Origin: a virus
IMG/VR virus record: IMGVR_UViG_3300009177_000032
Location: 1-64,000 of that record
Strand: one strand, 5' to 3'
DNA length: 64,000 nt
The notes below the pieces were generated by a model. That model made no database searches, was not told the origin of the DNA, and saw only the letters and a program-made list of their open reading frames with translations. Shown piece by piece: positions 17,174 to 25,175 of this stretch. A program made the position numbers and the translations under genes. How positions within the stretch are numbered: the stretch's first letter is position 1; each line of letters starts with the position of its first letter.

Positions 17174-18486
17174 CGAGCCAAAATGGTTAGAGCGCCCTGC
17201 GCATCGTTTGCATCCGACGCCTTAATGTAATCTTCGCTGATATCGATGGACGTGCATCCTCGTCCGAGCTCAACGCATGCCCTGGCTGTCACCATTGTGC
17301 CGCCAAAGGGATCCAGCACCAAGCAAGGCTTTGACTCCCGGTCGCATGTGCATCCAGGGTCCCACCTGAGCGTTTTTCTCTCGCGCATGCCCGCCAGGAT
17401 CCGCCGCTTCACGTCGCTCGCGTTCTGGACCTTGTTGCCGTCGTAATCCTTCTTTGCCTGGCCCTCGTAATTGCCGAGCATGTCGCCGCCGCATTGGCGT
17501 TGATGCTCAATGTCGGGCTCTCCCAATTCGACGATCCGCCGGCGAGGAGCTCCGCACTCCATACAGCAACCTCCCTCGGAGGTGCACGCCTCGATTAGCG
17601 GCCGTACTATCGATTTTGGGTAGCTCGCGAAATGGTTGATCGTAGTCCCCTTCGGGTTGACTACCAGGGCCAGCGGGTCGCCGTCCTCATCGCCGAGGAG
17701 CCCCTCCCACGACTGCATGAACAAATCCGTATTACGGAAATTACGGCGCGTGACCAGATAATCGCTTGTTGCATCCTGGAAGGAAGGGTTTTGCTTTACC
17801 CCGATTTGAGCCAGGGCGGCCTTGGGATTGGTCCGGCGCCTCCGTCGGTTATTGTCGTGAGTCTGTCGAGTCGGGAAAACTGCCGCGCGTGGGTGAGTGT
17901 TGTCTGACGCCCGGACCGTAACCGCGTCCCGGTCGTAGTAGTAGTATCGGCCTTTTGTGAACATGAAAAAGTACTCGAGCGCGTTGACGGGTCGGTCCTT
18001 AACGCTCTCCGGCATGCAATTTCGTTTGATCCATGGGCACATCGAGCGGAGGATCCACCCGCCTTGCTGCAAATCCATGGCAACCCTCTGCGGCAGTAGG
18101 AGCATTTCCTTAGGCTTCAGTCCAAGGGGGTCGGCTGGCCGGAACACGCCATTTGACGGGTGATCCTCGTCTCGGCCAAGGCGGGATCCCTCGGGATCAT
18201 ACATGCGTCTGGTGCCGGCGGTGTACCGGTCGCCCAGGTTGATCCACAAAACGCCATCGTCACGGAGTACCCGCCACACCTCGGTAAAGACTTCCCGAAT
18301 GTGGAGAATATAAAGCTCGAGGGTTTTCTCAGTTCCGATTTCCTTGCTCTTGTCGGGGTGCCCCGCCGGCAGGTATGAGCGCAAACCCCAGTAGGGCGGG
18401 CTCGTGACGCAAAGGTGAAAGGACTTTTCGGGGAGCGTCTTTAGGACGGCCCTGGCATCGCCCTGAATTTTTTGAGGGATGATCAC
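17170..18486 (-). CDS. DNA N4-cytosine/N6-adenine methyltransferase (beta class)
   Basis: TSPPYW motif IV, VLRDDGVLWINLGD, HFASYP, VLDPFGG motif I near C-terminus. Confidence 0.88.
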   Translation of the reverse strand: MIIPQKIQGDARAVLKTLPEKSFHLCVTSPPYWGLRSYLPAGHPDKSKEIGTEKTLELYILHIREVFTEVWRVLRDDGVLWINLGDRYTAGTRRMYDPEGSRLGRDEDHPSNGVFRPADPLGLKPKEMLLLPQRVAMDLQQGGWILRSMCPWIKRNCMPESVKDRPVNALEYFFMFTKGRYYYYDRDAVTVRASDNTHPRAAVFPTRQTHDNNRRRRRTNPKAALAQIGVKQNPSFQDATSDYLVTRRNFRNTDLFMQSWEGLLGDEDGDPLALVVNPKGTTINHFASYPKSIVRPLIEACTSEGGCCMECGAPRRRIVELGEPDIEHQRQCGGDMLGNYEGQAKKDYDGNKVQNASDVKRRILAGMRERKTLRWDPGCTCDRESKPCLVLDPFGGTMVTARACVELGRGCTSIDISEDYIKASDANDAQGALTILAR

Positions 18487-18492
18487 GATGCT

Positions 18493-18696
18493 TTACGTCA
18501 GTAACCTGCTGTAAAACCTGTGGCGCCGATAATCAGTAGCACAGCGGATCGCGCCACGGGCGCATCGTTGGCCGCAGTCCACACAGATCGGCCTTTTCTT
18601 CAGCCTCTGCTTAATCTGGCTGAGGACTTTGAACAGCTTCCAGTTCCTCCGCTTGTGAGCGACGACCATGGCTTCTTTGACTTGGGCTAGAGTCAT
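18493..18696 (-). CDS. Small basic Zn-finger protein
   Basis: CVDCG...RC. Confidence 0.55.
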   Translation of the reverse strand: MTLAQVKEAMVVAHKRRNWKLFKVLSQIKQRLKKRPICVDCGQRCARGAIRCATDYRRHRFYSRLLT

Positions 18697-19074
18697 TTAG
18701 TCGTCCGTTCCAGGCAGATGCTTGCGAAAACCCTCAGGCGCAAATGAGGTGCCGATATACCGAAAGAATCGAGAGCCATATCCTGGCGCCGTGCCCTGCA
18801 TCTGCATTGGACTGGTACCGAGGTGCACGAAGTTATGCCAGTGGATGAGGTCGTCGCTGTATTGCAAGGTCCACACAGCGGGGGTGTTAGTTGGGTAACG
18901 CAGCTCTGGCAAGTTTTTGTGCACCGGGCCGTTTGTGATGTTGGCAGCGTTGAGCGGGCTGAACAGGAGTTTAGGCACCGGCGGAGGTGCGGCTGGACGT
19001 GACGCGACTGCTGCTGGCTTTTGTCCAGCACACGCAGACAGCAACAGTAGGAGGATGCAATCAAACTTTCTCAT
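18697..19074 (-). CDS. Putative lipoprotein
   Basis: Lipobox LLSAC; C-terminal WTLQYSDDLIHW...SRFFR module. Confidence 0.7.
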   Translation of the reverse strand: MRKFDCILLLLLSACAGQKPAAVASRPAAPPPVPKLLFSPLNAANITNGPVHKNLPELRYPTNTPAVWTLQYSDDLIHWHNFVHLGTSPMQMQGTAPGYGSRFFRYIGTSFAPEGFRKHLPGTDD

Positions 19075-19322
19075 TCTCTGGCCCTAGCGCCTGGCAAGGC
19101 GGGCGGGGATGACTGCAATCGCCACTGCAACACCCCATTGGTGCCGCTGTCAGAGCGTTTGATCAAGGTCAGATTTGTGCACAGCATGACTTCTGCAACG
19201 TAGGTGTTGGTTTCGATGACGGCCCGCATGCGAAAGTAATTGCTGCCATTCTCACGCTTGAAGTCTGACGTGTTAACCCAGTTGGTTACGATCAGGGTGA
19301 TCAGGAAAAGGTTGGTGTTCAT
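19071..19322 (-). CDS. Hypothetical protein
   Basis: Start MNTNLFL in ATGA overlap; TN-rich. Confidence 0.55.
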   Translation of the reverse strand: MNTNLFLITLIVTNWVNTSDFKRENGSNYFRMRAVIETNTYVAEVMLCTNLTLIKRSDSGTNGVLQWRLQSSPPALPGARARE

Positions 19323-19516
19323 TGGTAGCCTCCCGCCTCTTGTTCGAGCGTGGCAATCGTTCGCATCAACTCCATTGTGGTGCATGGATAATTACTGAGC
19401 ATTTGCGACAACTCGACTCGGTGCGCGTTGGCGATGCGCTCCAGGTTGCATTCCTTGATTGGTCGATGAGCGCAGCCAGTTGAGGCAGTGAGGAGGAGTA
19501 TGATTAGTTTGTTCAT
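19319..19516 (-). CDS. Small putative lipoprotein
   Basis: MNKLIILLLTASTGC. Confidence 0.55.
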   Translation of the reverse strand: MNKLIILLLTASTGCAHRPIKECNLERIANAHRVELSQMLSNYPCTTMELMRTIATLEQEAGGYQ

Positions 19517-19526
19517 CGGTTGACGA

Positions 19527-19766
19527 TCAGTCGGTTGGGTTCACTCCGTAAATTATGGAGGGGTTGAATTTACGGGAGCAGCCAAACGGTCTGCCGATCA
19601 GGGTTGAAATGGTTTGGCAGGTGCTGCACGGGCGCTCGCTCCATTGGTGAGGGTCGGCCTCTATCAGTTCTAGCGCGGTTTGGCACATTAAGCGAGCGGC
19701 AGCGCGTATTGTAGATTCAAGGACCTTCTCGCTTTCCAGCGACGGGGAGTGATTCTCGTTTGCCAT
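19527..19766 (-). CDS. Cassette ORF 4 (MANENH start), CxxC protein
   Basis: 79 aa; DPHQWSERPCSTC. Confidence 0.7.
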   Translation of the reverse strand: MANENHSPSLESEKVLESTIRAAARLMCQTALELIEADPHQWSERPCSTCQTISTLIGRPFGCSRKFNPSIIYGVNPTD

Positions 19767-19773
19767 AGGTCAG

Positions 19774-20136
19774 TCAGGTGGCGAGCGCGGTGCAGGCTAT
19801 CTTTCTAACTTCCGTTAATCTCGCTCGCAAATCAACCAGACCAAACACTCGAAACGCTGCATCGTCGTTTCCGAGTTGGTCGCATTGCCTCAGAGCCTCA
19901 GCGAGTCGCTCACAGAACACACAGGAAAATTGTTCGCAGCCTTGCGCCACATGCTCATTGTCAACTGGTGGTGCTTTTGTGGGATCATGGCGTCCTGCGA
20001 TCTTCTGACGTATTTCCTCAATGCCATTCCAGAGGTCTCGCCAGTCCTCAACCGTCCAGTCTTTAGCATCTATCGGGATTTTGGATTTCATCTCTTTGAT
20101 CGTGCAAAATTGGTTGAATTGTTCCGATTCACTCAT
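19774..20136 (-). CDS. Hypothetical protein coupled behind a 15-aa MANENQ peptide
   Basis: ATG overlaps TGA of MANENQPPLRKNCYS (20133..20180). Confidence 0.55.
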   Translation of the reverse strand: MSESEQFNQFCTIKEMKSKIPIDAKDWTVEDWRDLWNGIEEIRQKIAGRHDPTKAPPVDNEHVAQGCEQFSCVFCERLAEALRQCDQLGNDDAAFRVFGLVDLRARLTEVRKIACTALAT

Positions 20137-20188
20137 GAGTAGCAATTCTTTCTTAGAGGGGGTTGATTCTCGTTTGCCATAGGTTTAG

Positions 20189-20443
20189 TCAGTTGATAAT
20201 AACGTAGGCGTCCAGCCATTCGAGCGGTGGATCGCCTTCAAAATTCACCCGGCCATCTATGGAAAGCGTGGCAATTTCAGGACACTGAAGGTCCTTGTTA
20301 TCATCACAGGCGGGGCCGAGTATCGCCTCTCTCGTTGCTTTAGCGCGGTCCGCCAGATTGTCGAACACTCGGATGACGGGACTGCCTCCCGCTTCGGCGT
20401 GTTCAATTAGGACGTATTTCAGGGGGTGATTCTCGTTTGCCAT
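20189..20443 (-). CDS. Cassette ORF 2 (MANENH start), hypothetical
   Basis: 84 aa. Confidence 0.7.
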   Translation of the reverse strand: MANENHPLKYVLIEHAEAGGSPVIRVFDNLADRAKATREAILGPACDDNKDLQCPEIATLSIDGRVNFEGDPPLEWLDAYVIIN

Positions 20444-20450
20444 AGGTCAG

Positions 20451-20705
20451 TCAGTCCTTTCCACCAGCCGCATGAAACTCGTTCCACCATGTATTCAATC
20501 GGCAGCTCAGGTTTCCCACTTCTCCATTGGTGATATCAATACTCTCGCGCAACGGGGCTAGAATTTTTTCCGCTGATCGCAATTCAACGCGCCATGTCTC
20601 TAGGCGTTTTTCAGCGTCTTTTTTTCGGGCAATAAGTTCCTGCAACGTGTCACCGTTACGGCAGGCGAAAGTGTTTTTATTCGGGGGTTTATTCTCGTTT
20701 GCCAT
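20451..20705 (-). CDS. Cassette ORF 1 (MANENK start), coiled-coil hypothetical
   Basis: 84 aa. Confidence 0.7.
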   Translation of the reverse strand: MANENKPPNKNTFACRNGDTLQELIARKKDAEKRLETWRVELRSAEKILAPLRESIDITNGEVGNLSCRLNTWWNEFHAAGGKD

Positions 20706-20707
20706 AA

Positions 20708-21181
20708 TTAAAACGGAGGTGGCCCCGTTACAGTCGCTCTATTGTTATCGTTGCCCCCTCTTGACCGGGAGCGCACAGCTCGCTTTTTACTACCAGTTCC
20801 CGGAAGGAGGTCCAACAATCGTCGCACGGCAGTAACGTAGCAATCCGCGAGCGTGGACAAGCAGCCATCCGGATCTCGACGCCGATAGTCTGAAAAACGG
20901 AGCGTAATTGTGACTCGATAAGGGATATAGCCTTTTTCATCCACTCCATGTGCTCCGGCAGCGTGATCGGCCTGGCCATCGCTTTTAGGCCCCGCTTGCG
21001 ATACCAGATCTCCCCTTTGTAGGCCATCACTGTGGCGCTCTTGCTGTCGATCCACGCAAACGCCCGCTTGCCCGTCTTGAAGGATGGGATCGGGCCGATG
21101 CCCTTTAGCTCGAGGATGATTGGGGGCATAGGGCACTCCGTCGATCCAAACAATTCCGCTTGTGTCTTTGTCATAGGGCAT
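20708..21181 (-). CDS. Overlapping ORF, frame B, carrying RusA-like catalytic segment
   Basis: YRVTITLRFSDYRRRDPDGCLSTLADC; ATG 3 nt after upstream stop, stop 2 nt before next ATG. Confidence 0.5.
   Translation of the reverse strand: MPYDKDTSGIVWIDGVPYAPNHPRAKGHRPDPILQDGQAGVCVDRQQERHSDGLQRGDLVSQAGPKSDGQADHAAGAHGVDEKGYIPYRVTITLRFSDYRRRDPDGCLSTLADCYVTAVRRLLDLLPGTGSKKRAVRSRSRGGNDNNRATVTGPPPF
20728..21174 (-). CDS. RusA-like resolvase, frame A (N-terminus and DD/C-terminal strands)
   Basis: ELKGIGPIPSFK...PCDDCW..ELVVK...GATITIERL. Confidence 0.6.
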   Translation of the reverse strand: MTKTQAELFGSTECPMPPIILELKGIGPIPSFKTGKRAFAWIDSKSATVMAYKGEIWYRKRGLKAMARPITLPEHMEWMKKAISLIESQLRSVFQTIGVEIRMAACPRSRIATLLPCDDCWTSFRELVVKSELCAPGQEGATITIERL

Positions 21182-21184
21182 GGC

Positions 21185-21778
21185 TTAACCTGCGCCCATG
21201 GCCCTCAAGCCGGACTCATAGGCAGTTTTGAGCTTAATGAATTCCTCGTGCGTCCCGCCAGCGTCAGGGTGAAGCCTTTTCGAGAGCTGCCGGTAAGACT
21301 CCTGCAGTGTCGTGATGTTGATCTCGTTTGGGTCCCGAAAGCCGAACACCTTCCACCACTCCCGCACCTCCGGCGCAGTCGCCCCGGCCGGCAACTGCTT
21401 AAACCCGGTGAACATCGCCTTGATCATGTGCTTGGCTCCCCATCGTTCCATCCCGCGCATTGCCTCGACCGTCAACGCTATTGCCTGGATGTTGTGAGCG
21501 ATTCTGTTCCAGCGGTCGCAAGGGATGGCCATTTGCGTATTGTCCCACTCGAAGTAGGCGCAAACGCCCGGATCTTTCGGGTTGTCCTGGCCGAGCGCGG
21601 CATTGCTCGAGAGCACGATGCTTTTCGCGCCCATGCGTGCGAGCTCGCGCTTGAGGTTATTGAGGGCGCCTTGAGTGTCCGTCTTGAAGCTGCCCGATTC
21701 CCTGCGGAACGGGTCAGTCTTTGGCCAGCCCGGAGGCCATGCTAGAGGATAGGCGGTCGGTGTTTGGATCGTGCTCAT
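21185..21778 (-). CDS. Phage J-domain protein
   Basis: YPLAWPPGWP N-terminus; C-terminal WWKVFG..YRQLSKRLHPDAGG. Confidence 0.88.
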   Translation of the reverse strand: MSTIQTPTAYPLAWPPGWPKTDPFRRESGSFKTDTQGALNNLKRELARMGAKSIVLSSNAALGQDNPKDPGVCAYFEWDNTQMAIPCDRWNRIAHNIQAIALTVEAMRGMERWGAKHMIKAMFTGFKQLPAGATAPEVREWWKVFGFRDPNEINITTLQESYRQLSKRLHPDAGGTHEEFIKLKTAYESGLRAMGAG

Positions 21779-22304
21779 TGGGATGGTAGTTAGTTATGCG
21801 AAAACTGAGTTTCCGCCCGTTCCTGTAACCGTAAGGATAGAAGGCCACACCCAACGCCTTTACCAGCGTCAGATCGTTTTGCGGTACGTCGAGGACTACA
21901 TAGAGGTGATCGCCTTTGTCCTCGTAAACGACCTTGATAAGCCGGTCGTAAATGAGATTCAGGAATTCACGTATCATCGTCGTGAGCTCTCCGCCGCCTT
22001 CCCATTGCCGGTTTGGCTGAAATGGTTTTCGCTCTGGCTCTGCCTCGCCGCGGAAACTCTCTCGAATCTCGACCTTGACCTCGATGCCAATTCGCCGGCC
22101 CATGCGCTCGGCTACCTGGCGGATCGCCATGATGGTTTTGCCCTGCTTACCGATCATGATTCTCAGGTCCTGGGTTTCGGGCTCGACTGTGACCTCGAGG
22201 AGGTTCGTCGCGAAACGCTCTTTGAAGTTGATCCTATCGGGAGTCGACGAGTAAGACCGGAACAGGGAGATAAGAACCTTCGTTATCGGGTGTTTTTCGT
22301 GCAT
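21714..22304 (-). CDS. KH-domain RNA-binding protein (KhpA-like)
   Basis: EVTVEP..DLRIMIGKQGKTIMAIR with intact GxxG loop. Confidence 0.75.
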   Translation of the reverse strand: MHEKHPITKVLISLFRSYSSTPDRINFKERFATNLLEVTVEPETQDLRIMIGKQGKTIMAIRQVAERMGRRIGIEVKVEIRESFRGEAEPERKPFQPNRQWEGGGELTTMIREFLNLIYDRLIKVVYEDKGDHLYVVLDVPQNDLTLVKALGVAFYPYGYRNGRKLSFRITNYHPNEHDPNTDRLSSSMASGLAKD

Positions 22305-22318
22305 TGCTGGCCGCGGTT

Positions 22319-23761
22319 TTAGTCGTTGTGCCGGCGGTAGTCAAGATGTTCCTGTTCGGGGACGTCCTCATCGCTGATTTTTGCCGTGGCTTCAAACCGC
22401 GTTACCGACTTCCAGAACGTCAGCCCGATTTTCCCCGTCGGTCCGTTCCTCTGCTTGGCCACATCCAGCGCAATGGGCACCACATTGCCGTCCACTTGAT
22501 CCTCGCTCCCCTCTTTGCGCGATAATAGCATTACCGTGTCAGCGTCCTGCTCAAGACTGCCGCTTTCGCGGAGGTCTGCGAGCTGGGGCATCCCCTTACG
22601 GCCATCGATGCCACGCTTGAGTTGCGAAAGCGCGATCACGGGGATGCGCAGCTCCTTACAAAGTGCCTTTAGACCGGCGGAGATTTCCGAGACTTCGCGC
22701 TCCCGGTTATCAGGTCGCTTCCCGTTGATTGAGGCGCTCAGGAGCTGAATGTAATCCACAACAAGCAGCTTAATATCGTGCTGGATGACCATTCTCCGCG
22801 CTCGAGCTCGCAACTCCATAATGCTGAGCCCCGAGACGTCGTCTACAAACAGATGAGAAGCTGCGATCTTGCCGGCAGCTCCGGTGAGCTTGGGAAAATC
22901 GTTCTGCGCCATGAAGCCATCGCGGATGTTCCTTAGGCTGACTCGCGCTCGAGAGCAAAGCATCCTCAACACCAGCGAATCTACCGTCATTTCGAGCGAA
23001 AAGACTCCCACCGGAAGCTGCTGATCGATCGTAACGTGCTCGACAATGTTCATCGCGAGCGAGGTCTTTCCCATGCTCGGGCGAGCGGCCAAAATGTAGT
23101 ACTCCCCTGGCACAAGCCCGCCGGTTAATTTGTCCAAGTCCTGAAAACCGGTCCCCAGTCCGATTAAGGCTCCGGCGCGCGTCAGAAACTCCTCAATCCT
23201 GTCCATTGATTCATGCACAACCTGCCGGATCGGCCTCAGTTGCTGTGCTGCCCCGATCTGGCGGACGTCCATGATATCGCGCTCGACCAAATCCAACGCA
23301 TTGGACGTGTCCGGTTCGTCGTAGAGGCGCGATACCGCCTCGGTACAAGCCACGATCATTTTGCGCCGACGGTAGTGCTCGAGCATCACATCGAGAAACG
23401 TTTCCAATGCGTCCGCAGTTGGCGCCAGATCGGGAAGCTGCCCTATGTAACTCATCCCGCCGACCTGCTCGAGGAGCTGTTTGTCTTTCAGGTAATTCGC
23501 CAGGGTAACCACGTAGAGCTTTACCCCCGCGTTGACGAGTTCCTCCATAGCCATCCAGATCGACCGGTGCCGCATATCGAAGAAAGCCTCAGTCGCGTTC
23601 CTTCCCAATTTCTCGATCACCAGACTCACGCCCTCCGCCGATCTGGTTTCATCAATGAGAATGCAACCGAGGGCTGATTGCTCAGCCTCAATGCTGTGCG
23701 GGGGCAATCGATCGACGGCGGGGGCTTGCCGGCGCTGTCGCCTAAGATCCGGTTCACTCAT
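22319..23761 (-). CDS. dnaB: Replicative DNA helicase
   Basis: PPHSIEAEQS, AARPSMGKT, VVDYIQL, LSQL, DLRESGSLEQDAD, KQRNGPTG. Confidence 0.97.
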   Translation of the reverse strand: MSEPDLRRQRRQAPAVDRLPPHSIEAEQSALGCILIDETRSAEGVSLVIEKLGRNATEAFFDMRHRSIWMAMEELVNAGVKLYVVTLANYLKDKQLLEQVGGMSYIGQLPDLAPTADALETFLDVMLEHYRRRKMIVACTEAVSRLYDEPDTSNALDLVERDIMDVRQIGAAQQLRPIRQVVHESMDRIEEFLTRAGALIGLGTGFQDLDKLTGGLVPGEYYILAARPSMGKTSLAMNIVEHVTIDQQLPVGVFSLEMTVDSLVLRMLCSRARVSLRNIRDGFMAQNDFPKLTGAAGKIAASHLFVDDVSGLSIMELRARARRMVIQHDIKLLVVDYIQLLSASINGKRPDNREREVSEISAGLKALCKELRIPVIALSQLKRGIDGRKGMPQLADLRESGSLEQDADTVMLLSRKEGSEDQVDGNVVPIALDVAKQRNGPTGKIGLTFWKSVTRFEATAKISDEDVPEQEHLDYRRHND

Positions 23762-25175
23762 TCAATGAAATGCGCCCGGAAAAGAAGCTCAATAAAAGCT
23801 GTCGCGCCCTGGACCGCCACAACTGCGTTGCCGGTGCACCTGAGCTGATCGATTCTGCCCTCGTCCAAAACCATGGCATGCCCATCAGCCAACACGCGAA
23901 AGCCGGGTTTAACCGCGGGCGAGAGCCCTTCGGAGCCTTGGAGGATTTCGGGCCATCGGGGGTCTTTTGGCCCTGGGGCGAAAATAAGAGAACAGCTTCC
24001 GTCAATGGTCGGGAGTTGCCGTAATCTTTTAGCGTCTCGCCGCTCCGGTAATCCCTGCTTTGGCACGTCGGCCAATTCTCCGTCTCCAGGCTGAGGGTCG
24101 TTTTGTTGCGCGCTGCCTTCCTTCCGCGGCCGCCCGCCTGCTCGCCGTCCATCGTGGTGACCGTCGTCCAGTTGGCTACCTGTGCCGGCAGCGCTGCCCC
24201 CGTGTTGCTCCGATCCTCCTTCGCAAAGTCCGGACCGCTCGCCCCGTCCCATCCCTTCGGGGTCGCCCATTGGCTGGCTTGGTCCTGCAGCGTGACCTGC
24301 ATTTTGTTCCCCGTTTCGTGTTGAGCTCTCTCGACCGCCTCCTGGCTCCGCGTCCTGCTCCCGCCTGTCGGGGCATCCGGGGTCGCCCACTTCTCCGCCT
24401 GGCCGGTCAAGCTGTCCCGCTCCATTCCCTCTATCCCGTGATCCCGAGTGAATGCGCCCGCCTCGTGCGATCGAGGGGTTTGCCAATTCGCCGCCTCCTC
24501 CTGCAGTTGGCGTCCAGCCTTGCCGCATCCATGCTGATACCTGTTGTTTCCACCAGAGTCCATCCGGGCCGTTGCGGTAGGCCAACACAAAGACTCTCTC
24601 TCGCTCGTGTGACGCTTTAACGTCGTCCGCAAAGATAAAGACAGGCTCGACGATCTCGTAATCCAGTCGCGATAGTTCTCCTCCAAAAGCCATGAATGGA
24701 TAATTGATTTTTCCTGTTCGCTTGTCCCTAAGCCCTCTAACCCAAGCTGGCACGTTTTCGAGGAGCACCAGGGCGGGGCAACACTCCTCGATGAGTCGAA
24801 GGCAATGCCTAGCAGGTCCTTCTCCGTCACCAAATGCTCGAGCATCTCGATTTCCCTCTCTGTTTCCGGCGCAACTGAAGGGGGTACAAGGGAGCGAAGC
24901 TGTAAAAATGTGAACCAGCCCGCGAATCTGAAGAAGTGAGAGGCCGGCAATATCGCCGATCCAAATAGGGTGTTCCTCCACGCTCTGTTCTTCCATCCGC
25001 GCCAAGTACACGGCGTTGGCGTAGCTTTCCCATTCCGCGCTACATAAGGTTTGTAATCCGGGAAAAACGAGCTTAACGGCTTCATCGAGCATCCCGATGC
25101 CGCGGCATATCGAGACGCAAGTCGGCGCGGGACTAACCACATTGACCCCCCTCGCGGAAACTTTTCCAGTCGCAA
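23754..25175 (-). CDS. Alternative-frame beta chain of the C5-MTase (start uncertain)
   Basis: Six W[PQAT]T repeats and RLNPAFACWLMGMP (motif IX-like). Confidence 0.65.
   Translation of the reverse strand: MRLEKFPRGGSMWLVPRRLASRYAAASGCSMKPLSSFFPDYKPYVARNGKATPTPCTWRGWKNRAWRNTLFGSAILPASHFFRFAGWFTFLQLRSLVPPSVAPETEREIEMLEHLVTEKDLLGIAFDSSRSVAPPWCSSKTCQLGLEGLGTSEQEKSIIHSWLLEENYRDWITRSSSLSLSLRTTLKRHTSERESLCWPTATARMDSGGNNRYQHGCGKAGRQLQEEAANWQTPRSHEAGAFTRDHGIEGMERDSLTGQAEKWATPDAPTGGSRTRSQEAVERAQHETGNKMQVTLQDQASQWATPKGWDGASGPDFAKEDRSNTGAALPAQVANWTTVTTMDGEQAGGRGRKAARNKTTLSLETENWPTCQSRDYRSGETLKDYGNSRPLTEAVLLFSPQGQKTPDGPKSSKAPKGSRPRLNPAFACWLMGMPWFWTRAESISSGAPATQLWRSRARQLLLSFFSGRISLNE
23758..25140 (-). 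CDS. DNA C5-cytosine methyltransferase, alpha chain
   Basis: Motif I CRGIG, IV LPCTPFS, VI LENV, VIII HERERVF, X RCTGNAVV; no motif IX in this frame. Confidence 0.88.
   Translation of the reverse strand: MVSPAPTCVSICRGIGMLDEAVKLVFPGLQTLCSAEWESYANAVYLARMEEQSVEEHPIWIGDIAGLSLLQIRGLVHIFTASLPCTPFSCAGNREGNRDARAFGDGEGPARHCLRLIEECCPALVLLENVPAWVRGLRDKRTGKINYPFMAFGGELSRLDYEIVEPVFIFADDVKASHERERVFVLAYRNGPDGLWWKQQVSAWMRQGWTPTAGGGGELANPSIARGGRIHSGSRDRGNGAGQLDRPGGEVGDPGCPDRREQDAEPGGGRESSTRNGEQNAGHAAGPSQPMGDPEGMGRGERSGLCEGGSEQHGGSAAGTGSQLDDGHHDGRRAGGRPRKEGSAQQNDPQPGDGELADVPKQGLPERRDAKRLRQLPTIDGSCSLIFAPGPKDPRWPEILQGSEGLSPAVKPGFRVLADGHAMVLDEGRIDQLRCTGNAVVAVQGATAFIELLFRAHFIE

Larger units (their letters stand above)
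19751..20706 (-). repeat. Four direct repeats (acc)TATGGCAAACGAGAAT(C) at gene starts
   Basis: Plus-strand gattctcgtttgccataggt identical at 19751, 20165, 20428; 16-bp core attctcgtttgccata at 20691. Confidence 0.95.

Noticed and set aside
18693-19064. Alternative-frame 123-aa ORF
   Set aside because: Ser/Thr/Cys-rich without pattern; the lipoprotein frame explains the region
20133-20180. TGA readthrough or stop-codon reassignment after MANENQ...CYS
   Set aside because: Frame closes again 15 codons later, and TGA, TAA and TAG all act as normal stops elsewhere
19751-20706. MANEN repeats as a CRISPR array
   Set aside because: Spacers are 240-400 bp coding sequences, repeat is not palindromic, no cas genes
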